A stretch of 61,753 bases of DNA, from the IMG/VR virus record IMGVR_UViG_3300033233_000040, positions 1-61,753 of that record, one strand, 5' to 3'. Below, piece after piece: positions 53,151 to 61,753 of this stretch. The position numbers and the translations under genes are program-made. Origin of the DNA: a virus. Its lineage: Duplodnaviria; Caudoviricetes. Positions within the stretch are counted from its first letter, which is position 1; each line of letters opens with the position of its first letter. The notes under the pieces were generated by a model, which was not told the DNA's origin, did no database searches, and saw nothing but the letters and a program-made list of their open reading frames with translations.

Positions 53151-55883
53151 ATGGCCAGACCTGCATGGCTGAAACAGCACCTTGAAACAAAACCGAAGTT
53201 CAAAGACCAGATCACGGTACTCCCGACAATGCCGCGCAACCCGCAGCGACCGTATTACACGGGTGCGGGTAAAGACGGCATTGTACAGCCCATGATGCCC
53301 GCGGCACAGGATCAGACGCAGGTGCATGAAGGCGAGGAAGTGATCCCGGCCAAGACCGTGGCCGAAGCGGGCGGCCCGCAGGCCGTGCGCAGGGGTGTTG
53401 AAATGATGACCAACAGGGCGTCCGGCGAGAATACCACGATGCCGAAGGTCACGGGCTACTGCAACGGCGGGGTTATCCGGAAATTCTCGTCCGGAGGCAC
53501 CATAACAACCGATCCCACAACCATGCCGTCAGTCACCAGTGATCCTGGCGGGGTGATGGCAGCGGCGGACGCGGCGCGGGTGGCCTCCAAGACCATCATG
53601 CCGCCCGTACAGACTCCCGAGGGAAGCAAAGCAACCATGCAGGCGAACAGGGCCGCACAGGACGCGGCTTTGGTCACACCGGCAGGAAGCAAAGCAACCA
53701 TGCAGGCGAACAGGGCCGCGCAGGACGCCGCAGCCGCTGCAAACCCCCTGACAAGCGATCCGGGCGGCCTTATGGCCGCAGGAGCGGCGTCCCGTGTTGC
53801 GGCGAAAACCGCCATGCCGTCAGTCACCAGTGATCCTGGCGGCGTTATGGCTGCTGCAGCAGCGGCGCACACCGCAGCGAAAGCAAACCCACCGACCGTT
53901 GTGGCCCAACCGGCCGCGGCACCGGCGAACGCGATGCCTGACCTGGTGGCAAACCAGATGCTCCGGAACACGACGGACATGGCAAACGGAAAGAGCCAGA
54001 TTCTCAAGAACATCGCGAACAACGCTTTCGCGACGCTGAACCCGCAGCTCCAGACGCAGATGACGCTTACCGCCATGAGGATAGCGAACGATCCGAACAT
54101 GACCGAGGGGGCGAAGCGGACCGCAATGGCCGAGCAGCTCCTCCGCAACGGCGTGGCGCAGTCTGACCTCGCGAACCAGATGGCCGGGAAGGCCATGGAC
54201 ATCGCGGTACAGGCCACGAGCGAGGCGTACAACATGGCGACCGGCGAGCGGAGCTGGAATTACCAGCAGGCCACGGACAAATTAAACGCCATGATCACCG
54301 CGAAAGACTACAAGGGGGCCGCGGCAGCCGCGAACGATCTTTACGGGACAAAGATTGATTACTCCGCCGCGATCTCTGACAACAACATCGCCACCATCCT
54401 GAACAGCACATCGGACCTGGCCGGACTCTTCCAGAGCGGCCAACCGGTTACGCTCGCCACACCCGCGGCAAGGATGATTCTGCAGAAGATGTGGGACGCG
54501 GACCCCGCGAACACCGGGAAACCCATGGACGAAGATTGGGCGCGGGGACAGCTTACGAACATCGGACAAACCATGAGCCCGGCCTGGCAGTTCAAGCGCG
54601 GTATCGACAACGAAGCCGCGCTCGGATGGTTCGGCGGGGACACAACGCGCCTTGACAGTTTCTCTTACGGCGGGCAGACAGGCCTTCCCGCGTTCCAGAA
54701 CGCCATGTATGCGTTCCACACGGGCGGGGCCGTGGCTCTCGATGCGAACGGAAACTTCACGTTCAACGATAAGTCGCCGATCTGGCAGACGTTTATGACC
54801 ACGATGGGGATGGGCGGAACAGGCGCAGCGGGAACAGGAACCGGCGCTGGAACAACGCCGGCGGCGGGCACCGAGGGACAGAAACGCGACGTCCTGATTG
54901 ACGGAGCCAGCGTGAACCAGACCTTTCATAACGGTGCATGGTACGCGACGAGCACGCTCCCGAAGTCGGTTACCGGCGCGGCTGCGGGAACCACCGGGAC
55001 CCCAAAAGCCGGCGACACGAAGAACATGAACGGCAACGTTTACAAGTTTGACGGCAAGACCTGGGTGAAGGATGCCGCCGCATCGAGCGCGGCTGCATCA
55101 AGTGCGGGGGCGTCGATTGCCGCGGCGGGACTCGGGACCAAACCTGATCAGGTTGCAACGGGATCTTTCTCGTTCAAGGTGCCGGTTGAAGGCAGCGGCG
55201 GAAATCTTTTCGTTACAGCGCCCGGACAACCCGTGGTGGACGCGAACGGGGATGCCGTGACCAATCCGGATAACGGGAACCCGCTTATCGTTAAGGATTT
55301 CTCGATGTCAACCGGAAGCAAAAAGCTCGGCGGTTATCTTGAGGATTCCAAAACCGGAGACGTGTTTAAGGTCTATCCCGACACGGGTGAACAGTCCCTT
55401 TATTCGTTCGAGGATTACCAGACGGACATCAAAACCGACCCCAACGTCTATAAGGTGCCTCTGCTTGAGGCGCTGCTTCGCAATGACCCCACGGACGGGG
55501 ACGCCTGGCAAGAACTCAAGGTTGTTGACGGCCTTTACAAACCGGACGGAACCACGGTTGACAATTCCCAGAAGTTCACCCCGAAAAACGGTATTGCGAT
55601 AAACACAACGGTTGACGCCCTCTTCGCCGAATACAATAGTTACAGCAAGGACCGGTACGGCGATGCGGGAAGAAACAAGGCTGCGGCGGCGATTTATGAA
55701 TTTCAGAACAACCGCCTTACCGCAATTCTCGACAGCTACAAAAAGTCCGGGGCGAGCGCGGCGCAGATCGAAGCAAAGCGTAAAGAACTCGATGATCTGA
55801 TGGGCGTGACCGACTGGAAAGGTCAGGCGGACGCGGGAATGCCGGCAAAGACAGTTAACATTCTTGGACATTGGACAAAATAA
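53151..55883 (+). CDS. Internal virion/ejection protein with Ala-rich repeats
   Basis: QVHEGEEVIPA motif; TSDPGG.MAA x3 and GSKATMQANRAAQDAA x2 repeats. Confidence 0.65.
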   Translation: MARPAWLKQHLETKPKFKDQITVLPTMPRNPQRPYYTGAGKDGIVQPMMPAAQDQTQVHEGEEVIPAKTVAEAGGPQAVRRGVEMMTNRASGENTTMPKVTGYCNGGVIRKFSSGGTITTDPTTMPSVTSDPGGVMAAADAARVASKTIMPPVQTPEGSKATMQANRAAQDAALVTPAGSKATMQANRAAQDAAAAANPLTSDPGGLMAAGAASRVAAKTAMPSVTSDPGGVMAAAAAAHTAAKANPPTVVAQPAAAPANAMPDLVANQMLRNTTDMANGKSQILKNIANNAFATLNPQLQTQMTLTAMRIANDPNMTEGAKRTAMAEQLLRNGVAQSDLANQMAGKAMDIAVQATSEAYNMATGERSWNYQQATDKLNAMITAKDYKGAAAAANDLYGTKIDYSAAISDNNIATILNSTSDLAGLFQSGQPVTLATPAARMILQKMWDADPANTGKPMDEDWARGQLTNIGQTMSPAWQFKRGIDNEAALGWFGGDTTRLDSFSYGGQTGLPAFQNAMYAFHTGGAVALDANGNFTFNDKSPIWQTFMTTMGMGGTGAAGTGTGAGTTPAAGTEGQKRDVLIDGASVNQTFHNGAWYATSTLPKSVTGAAAGTTGTPKAGDTKNMNGNVYKFDGKTWVKDAAASSAAASSAGASIAAAGLGTKPDQVATGSFSFKVPVEGSGGNLFVTAPGQPVVDANGDAVTNPDNGNPLIVKDFSMSTGSKKLGGYLEDSKTGDVFKVYPDTGEQSLYSFEDYQTDIKTDPNVYKVPLLEALLRNDPTDGDAWQELKVVDGLYKPDGTTVDNSQKFTPKNGIAINTTVDALFAEYNSYSKDRYGDAGRNKAAAAIYEFQNNRLTAILDSYKKSGASAAQIEAKRKELDDLMGVTDWKGQADAGMPAKTVNILGHWTK

Positions 55884-55893
55884 GGAGATTATT

Positions 55894-56499
55894 ATGGCCG
55901 GTACAAAAGTTGAAATGCCTGATCTGACAAGCCTGACGCCGTGGGGCGCGATCGCCACCGGCGCGGGCGGTATCATTAACGCCGTGGCCACCTGGTACGG
56001 CGCGAACGAACAGCGCAAGGAGAACGCGAAGACGCGCGCTTCGCAGGAAAGAATGTACAACGACCAGGCCGCGCGTGAAGACCGGCAGTACGCCGGGAAC
56101 ATGGCGTTCCAGCGCGAGACCGCCGCGACCACGGTAAAACTCACAAAGGCGCAGATGCGGCAGCAGGCGCGCGCGCAGGCAGCCGCGGACGCCCTGGCAA
56201 AGAAGCAGCTCGCGCTTTCCGAAACCGGCCAGAACGCGAACATCGCTCTTGGAAACCGGTCGGCCACATTGGCCGAGACCCAGAACGCGCAGAATTTTGG
56301 GCTCTCGAAAGAGGCGCAGACGGCGAACATCGCGCTCGGGAACCGGGGTATGGCCCTCCAGGAGAAGCAGGCCGAGACCGAGGCGTCGGCCAACAAGTTC
56401 AACCAGATCGCCCAGCTCATGACGAGCATGACGCAGTTTTACAATACGCCCGCGGCCCGGCAGAACCTTGCCGGTCTTTACGGCGGATACAGGAGGTAA
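55894..56499 (+). CDS. Ejection/DNA-transfer protein
   Basis: SD AAGGAG; Gly/Ala hydrophobic N-terminus, Gln/Ala-rich, ANIALGNR x2. Confidence 0.6.
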   Translation: MAGTKVEMPDLTSLTPWGAIATGAGGIINAVATWYGANEQRKENAKTRASQERMYNDQAAREDRQYAGNMAFQRETAATTVKLTKAQMRQQARAQAAADALAKKQLALSETGQNANIALGNRSATLAETQNAQNFGLSKEAQTANIALGNRGMALQEKQAETEASANKFNQIAQLMTSMTQFYNTPAARQNLAGLYGGYRR

Positions 56500-56500
56500 C

Positions 56501-57754
56501 ATGCCAAACGTCCCTATGCCTCAGCCCAATGATGTCGCCTCCCTGTACTCAAACGCCGGCAAGGCCGCGGGTGCGGCGGTACAGGACATCGGCACAGCGG
56601 TTGATACCTATAACGAAGTGCAAAAGTGGAGGGCCGACGAGAAGAAACGCGTTGAGTTGCGCCAAGCTCTGCTCACTGAGTACAAATTTAAGCCCGAAGA
56701 CATCCCGGAGAAGACCTCTTTTGACGAGTTGGCGCGGATTTCCCATAATCTACAACAGCTCGACGGCGCTCACGATAACGCCACGAAGAACGGCGCGACC
56801 GGGATTCCCGAGAAGCAGCAGGCGCGGATTTACGCCCTTGCCGACAAGGACCACTTTTACAAGGGACTCGGTACCTTGGAAGAGGCGGCGCAGAAGGCGG
56901 CGAAGGATAGGGCGACGCAGCAGGCACAGACCGGGAGCGCGGAACAACTCAAAGGACTTTCCGAGGGGTTGAACAAGGATATGCCCCCGGCCCAACCTAT
57001 TTCCATGGGAGCGGACAAATCCTTGTTCGCGGGTGCCGGATCCGGCGATCAAACCAGGATGCCGCAGCTCGTGGGGCAGGACGCCCGGAACGCGCCCGGC
57101 GGGAAGATCGGTAACGAGGTGCCAAGAGAGACGGCGCAAAAGGCCATGATGCAGGCGATCGACAACCCCGAACAGGTCGGCCCGCAGACGCAGGAGACCT
57201 TTCTTGGCCAGTACCGGATAAAAGACGAGATTCCCCAACCCAAACCCAAGCCCCGCAGCGGGACGGATGACAGCATCAAGGACAACCAGGTTGTTTCGTT
57301 TTACAACCAGGCCAGGCGCGACAAGGCGGGCATTGAAAAGACGATGAAGCAGACGAAGCTCGATATTGACAGCGCACAGGGCGAACTCGACCAGATCAAA
57401 TCGGGAACGCATGAAAAGATCGCGCAGACAGACACCGCCGCCATTGCCAAAATGACAGCCAAAGTCAACGACCTGAAGGGGGAACTTGAGGGATACCAGA
57501 ACGACTGGGGAACCTATGACTCCGAGTTTCAGAGTTGGGGCGAAGAGGCCAGGCGGCGCAATTTGCCGATCGGCAAACCCGTCGTGACCAAGAAAAAAGA
57601 GGCAGCAGCGGCAGCGGGTCTTGTTAAGCCGAAGTCCGGCGCAACACTCAGCCCTCAAGAAACGGGCGCGATTTCCTGGCTCAACGACCCGAAGAACGCG
57701 CAGGACCCCCGGTATGGTTCCATCCTCGATAAACTCAAGGGAAAGGTCGAATAA
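56501..57754 (+). CDS. Ejection/internal virion protein
   Basis: SD AGGAGG; coiled-coil; TAATG coupling to the giant gene. Confidence 0.6.
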   Translation: MPNVPMPQPNDVASLYSNAGKAAGAAVQDIGTAVDTYNEVQKWRADEKKRVELRQALLTEYKFKPEDIPEKTSFDELARISHNLQQLDGAHDNATKNGATGIPEKQQARIYALADKDHFYKGLGTLEEAAQKAAKDRATQQAQTGSAEQLKGLSEGLNKDMPPAQPISMGADKSLFAGAGSGDQTRMPQLVGQDARNAPGGKIGNEVPRETAQKAMMQAIDNPEQVGPQTQETFLGQYRIKDEIPQPKPKPRSGTDDSIKDNQVVSFYNQARRDKAGIEKTMKQTKLDIDSAQGELDQIKSGTHEKIAQTDTAAIAKMTAKVNDLKGELEGYQNDWGTYDSEFQSWGEEARRRNLPIGKPVVTKKKEAAAAAGLVKPKSGATLSPQETGAISWLNDPKNAQDPRYGSILDKLKGKVE

Positions 57755-60700
57755 TGACGTTCGATCCGGATGCGTTTCTGGCGGAGCCCGCGCCCGCGAA
57801 ATCTTTTGACCCCGACGCTTTTTTGTCCGGTGCGCCGGACAAGCCCAATCTCGCGGATGTTAAAATACGGTCCTGGTCCGAGGTTTCGCCGCCCGTGGGA
57901 AACCCCAAGCCCCTTACCGAAACCCCGCAGAGTACCGCGGTTGCCGGAACAGCGGCGTTTGATCCTGATCCTGACGCTTTTCTCGCGGACCGCCCGGAAG
58001 TAAAACCCTTCCCCGAAACCACCATTGCCGGTACCACCGAGAAGCCTTTAAAGGATTTCGAGAAGCGCATGCAGGATCCGAACGCTTTTATCACCAATCC
58101 TGACGGCACCATCAGCACGCATAAAATGGCGTGGGGACAGGCGGGAGGCAAGTTTATCGCTTTCCCGACCATTGTTCCGGTGGACGGAGAGCTTAAACAA
58201 TTGGGAGTCAACGACGCGGCGGACTTTGCGATCAAGAATAACGAGTACAAGAGTTTCGACACGGCCAAAGACGCGGAAACCTATGCCGCGGGCTCATGGA
58301 AAGAGGGGACGCCGTTTGCGAAGAGTCCGCAGCCGCAGGAAATTTTCCCCGCCAATGCGCCGGTTGAAACCGTCAAGGCTGAACCGCTGCCGAGCCCGGA
58401 AGAGATACAGACAAAGACGCCCCTTGAGATCGGAACGAAGTTTCTTAAGAACACCCTCTATGCCGGGATCGCCGGCGCGGGGGCCGCGGTTCCCGTGATT
58501 GCAAGCGCCTTCTCCTGGCCCGTGCGGATGGTAAATGGCGTGCAGGCCGTGGTTGATAATCTGCCCGGCTCGATATCCACCTGGCAGAACCTCAAAGAAA
58601 CGGCAGGTGCGGGTTTTGAGGGAACGGATGCGGCGCGCATGAAGGGTTTTGATGTGAACGACTTTGACTGGGCCGCGCAAAGGCTCGGCGAAATGATCCA
58701 AAACCCCAAGGACGCTGACGAGAAGTTCATTCAGCTCGGCATGAACACAGTGGTCAACCGCGTGGCAGAGGCCTACATTGCCCTGCAGACGGCGGGGCTC
58801 GCTTATAACGTGGGAAAGGCCGTTGTCACTCCCCTGCTCGGGAAAGCGACCGAGACGCTCGATAAGATTCTGACGGTCAAATTCTCGCCCGAGGACATGG
58901 CCGCGGTGAAACGGTCCATCCAGACGCTCGGCACCAAGGACGGCGAAGCGAACTTCCAGGGATTGAACGAGAAGCAGCGCACCCTGTTCAACGCGATTCA
59001 GCAGGACGCGCAGAAGCGCGACATTCTGACCTCCGGGAGGATGACGCGCGGCCAATATAAGCAGTACAAGCCCGGGGAACCGGTTGTTCCGGCAAAGCCC
59101 GGGGTATCCGGTGCCATTTCCGGCGAAGTGGCGAACCCGCCCGCTGCCGCCCCGGCTGAAACACCCCCTCCCGCCGCAGCGCCGGGCAAAACAGGCGAAG
59201 AGATCTACCGTTCCCTGGTCCCGGAGATCCCTGGGGAGCCCGTAAAGGCCTCTACAGGGCCGGATGTATCCCAATTGGGTACGGACGCAGCCATAAAGGC
59301 CGAGCCCCCCCTGGAACCCCCCTCAAATGACTCCAAAACGGGTTTAAATGAACCCGCCGCGATCGCCAAACCGGCAGAAAATGCCGCTTTGGCCAATCCG
59401 GACGTACCACCACAGGCCTTTCAGCGCGGAGTTACCTATAAAACCGGTAACGTGGAGACCCTTGGCGAGGACATGGACCACATGACCGGGGTTCCGGGCA
59501 AGAATATCAGCGTTGCGCGCGTGAATGCGGCCGCCAAGGGGAATCAAAAGCTCGTTCTCTACTTTGACATCGACAATTTCAAGGCCGTGAACGAAACATA
59601 CGGCCACGACGAGGGTAATAATGTTCTCGCGGCGCTCGGCGGGGCGCTCCAGGATTATTTCGGGCATGGAGAAATGGGCCGCGTGGGCGGCGAGGAGTTT
59701 TACGCGGCGATCGACAACTCCCCTGAAAATGTGCAGATGGCGCACGAGTTCTTAAAAGCCGTACCGGAGTTGGTAACGGTTCACGACCACCCGGTCACGA
59801 TCAGCGGCGGACTTGGAACGGGCGTGATCCCGACGCAAAAAGGCGGCGAGCGCCTCTATGCGGACAAGCTCCTGAACATGGCGAAAGAGGCCGGAAAGAA
59901 CCAGATTGTATTTGACAATCATGGAAAAATTGAGTACCTTAAAGGTAAGGAAGGACTGGCGAAACCTTATGTCGACCAATACGACCTACGAAGCCTGGAG
60001 GAAACGGCGGGACGAGTACTTGCTCGACCCGACCTTTCGGGACCCCAACGGACAGCCCTTGAAGGAGCCGTACAAGCCGTCCGTGAAAAAAGGTCTGGTC
60101 AAATACCGGGGCAAGGTGGTCAACGGGCCAATCTATCCGCCCCAGGTGGCGTCGCATCCGAAACCGTTCAGCCCGCAAGCGCAGATAAAGTAGTTCCGGC
60201 CAGGAAGCCCCCCGAAGCACCCCCAAAACAAACCGTTCTCGCGCAACCCAAACCCCCGGCTACACCCGCGCCCGCGTCGGCAATCCCCGCCCCCGTTGTT
60301 CCGCAGGACCTCTCCCGCCTTTCAAAAGAAGAGCTGCTCGCGCTCAACAAGCAGGTTGACCAGCACGTCAGCAAGGCCCCGGACAGCGCGCCCGCAGTGG
60401 CAAAGAGCGGCAAGCGCATCGTCTCCGCCCTGGAAACCCTCGGGTATGACCAGCGCGGAAAGCTCCTGCCCGTGGAGCGCGCGGTATCCAAGGCCGCCGC
60501 GGCGGAATATCACCGGCAGGCCGTGACCTGGCGCGAAAAGGCGCGGCAGATGTACCGGGTATTCGGCGCGGATCCGGCGAGCGTCCTGGTTTATAATCAC
60601 GGGCTCATTGAGAACGTGCCGGCGTCGCAGCGCACGGCCTTTGTGAAGAAGGTGTTCAACGTCTCAAAAGATGAGACCATGGACAAGGACTTCAGCATCC

Positions 60701-61753
60701 CGAGCCGCCTGGGTGTGGACAAAATTGCCCAGGATGAGGGGGTGGATTCTGAAAAGATGGTGAACGACGCAGTCTCATTTTATGAGACTGAGCGGAAAGC
60801 GCCTCCGAGCAGGGCCGGGGTGGCCCGCAAGATGGTCGAGGAGCAGAAGCAGGAAGAGGCGTACAATAAATACCTGGAGGAAAAGCAGGCGCAGCGGGAA
60901 ACGCCGGTCTCTTTTTCCCGGTGGCAGGAAGAGAATGGTTTGACAAACGGGCAGGATAAAGGTAGATTAGAGGGTGGAGGAGATCCCAATGCTGCCAGCA
61001 AACCTGAAAGAGTCGAACCTGCCGGAAAAGGAGTGGGTGAGACAATACCACGAACACCAGGACAGTCTCCGGGCTCCGATAAGTTGGGGTTGGTCCTGGA
61101 CCACAGAGGACTACAAGAACCTGGAGCGCAGGAGGCCCTTCAAACTTTCGAGGATGCACTATCTGTCGAATTACGTGGGCCTGTTCCAGCGAATCAGACT
61201 CAGATTGTCTCTCCTTCTGGCGTCAATGAAGAACCCATTCGCGCCCTTCAGGAAGTTTTCCCGCACTGGTCTATCCACGTAGTCAGAGTTTCCGAACCAC
61301 TCATTAAGCGCGTCCCCTTTGATGGCGTTGCGATCAAAGGGCAAATTTTCCTAAACGAATCATCCAAAGACCCAACATTCTGGGTTGTCGCCCATGAAGT
61401 CGGGCACGTCATAAAAAGCAAACACCCGGGACTCTATGCAAAAGCAAAGGCGGATTTTTTAAGCAATCTGTCAGATGACGGAAGGATGGAAATCAAACGG
61501 CGTGCGGTTGCGGAAAGCGTGGGGAAAAGATCCGTTAAAATGACGGATGCCCAAATCAACGGGGAGTTTGATAAGCTTTCTCCGTTCCGAAAAGAAATCG
61601 GAGAGGACGAGATTTTCTGCGATTCCCTCGCCGACTCCTTCATGGACAAAGGGTTTCTTCATACGCTTCGCAGTCGGTCGCCCGAGTTTTTCAAGAAATT
61701 AATTTCCGCATTTATCGAGACCTACTCAAGAATAATTCGCGCCTTTCGCGGTA
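57754..61753 (+). CDS. N-terminal part of the giant polyvalent protein (total ~3,535 aa), with GGDEF and zincin domains
   Basis: Open frame from ATG 57754 (MTFDPDAFLAE...) to the window end, absent from the ORF track; GGEEF at 59686-59700; HEVGH at 61393-61407. Confidence 0.88.
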   Translation, partial: MTFDPDAFLAEPAPAKSFDPDAFLSGAPDKPNLADVKIRSWSEVSPPVGNPKPLTETPQSTAVAGTAAFDPDPDAFLADRPEVKPFPETTIAGTTEKPLKDFEKRMQDPNAFITNPDGTISTHKMAWGQAGGKFIAFPTIVPVDGELKQLGVNDAADFAIKNNEYKSFDTAKDAETYAAGSWKEGTPFAKSPQPQEIFPANAPVETVKAEPLPSPEEIQTKTPLEIGTKFLKNTLYAGIAGAGAAVPVIASAFSWPVRMVNGVQAVVDNLPGSISTWQNLKETAGAGFEGTDAARMKGFDVNDFDWAAQRLGEMIQNPKDADEKFIQLGMNTVVNRVAEAYIALQTAGLAYNVGKAVVTPLLGKATETLDKILTVKFSPEDMAAVKRSIQTLGTKDGEANFQGLNEKQRTLFNAIQQDAQKRDILTSGRMTRGQYKQYKPGEPVVPAKPGVSGAISGEVANPPAAAPAETPPPAAAPGKTGEEIYRSLVPEIPGEPVKASTGPDVSQLGTDAAIKAEPPLEPPSNDSKTGLNEPAAIAKPAENAALANPDVPPQAFQRGVTYKTGNVETLGEDMDHMTGVPGKNISVARVNAAAKGNQKLVLYFDIDNFKAVNETYGHDEGNNVLAALGGALQDYFGHGEMGRVGGEEFYAAIDNSPENVQMAHEFLKAVPELVTVHDHPVTISGGLGTGVIPTQKGGERLYADKLLNMAKEAGKNQIVFDNHGKIEYLKGKEGLAKPYVDQYDLRSLEETAGRVLARPDLSGPQRTALEGAVQAVREKRSGQIPGQGGQRANLSAPGGVASETVQPASADKVVPARKPPEAPPKQTVLAQPKPPATPAPASAIPAPVVPQDLSRLSKEELLALNKQVDQHVSKAPDSAPAVAKSGKRIVSALETLGYDQRGKLLPVERAVSKAAAAEYHRQAVTWREKARQMYRVFGADPASVLVYNHGLIENVPASQRTAFVKKVFNVSKDETMDKDFSIPSRLGVDKIAQDEGVDSEKMVNDAVSFYETERKAPPSRAGVARKMVEEQKQEEAYNKYLEEKQAQRETPVSFSRWQEENGLTNGQDKGRLEGGGDPNAASKPERVEPAGKGVGETIPRTPGQSPGSDKLGLVLDHRGLQEPGAQEALQTFEDALSVELRGPVPANQTQIVSPSGVNEEPIRALQEVFPHWSIHVVRVSEPLIKRVPFDGVAIKGQIFLNESSKDPTFWVVAHEVGHVIKSKHPGLYAKAKADFLSNLSDDGRMEIKRRAVAESVGKRSVKMTDAQINGEFDKLSPFRKEIGEDEIFCDSLADSFMDKGFLHTLRSRSPEFFKKLISAFIETYSRIIRAFRG
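61627..61753. repeat. 127-bp terminal direct repeat (copy 2)
   Basis: Identical to 1-127. Confidence 0.95.

Larger units (their letters stand above)
1..61753. mobile_element. Complete temperate bacteriophage genome, probably podovirus morphotype
   Basis: Terminase subunits, portal, scaffold, capsid, ejection-type proteins, endolysin, integrase plus attP; no tape measure, tail tube or sheath recognised. Confidence 0.92.

Noticed and set aside
53515-53860. Nucleotide repeats as a non-coding element
   Set aside because: They are in-frame peptide repeats of the ejection protein.
57735-61662. Short ORFs listed in the track for this region (e.g. 58294-59274 minus, 59906-60193, 60974-61282)
   Set aside because: They are shadows of the uninterrupted + frame from 57754, which carries recognisable domains.

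Overview
This window is a complete circular ~61.6 kb temperate podovirus-like phage genome. Bases 1-127 are identical to 61627-61753, giving a unit length of 61,626 bp. The rightward arm (~34.9 kb through the junction to 8.4 kb) encodes TerS, portal, scaffold, capsid, tail/fibre proteins, ejection proteins and lysis genes. It also encodes a ~3,535-aa polyvalent protein that spans the junction; the supplied ORF track shows only its C-terminal 2,239 aa. The leftward arm (33.2 to 8.6 kb) encodes a Cro-like regulator, replication initiator with iterons, helicase, recombination genes, Xis/Int with an intact tRNA-type attP, GroES, a glycosyltransferase/methyltransferase/radical-SAM cluster and, unusually, TerL. 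Two things stand out. (1) An integron-like array of 11 small gene cassettes (22.2-27.35 kb) is separated by attC-like sites; each cassette is bounded by its own 20-25 bp inverted repeat, and no integron integrase is visible in the genome. (2) A GGDEF nucleotide-cyclase domain with an altered base-specificity residue sits inside the giant, probably injected, protein; the genome also encodes a Tad1-like cyclic-nucleotide sponge. All calls come from reading motifs by eye; no database searches were run.
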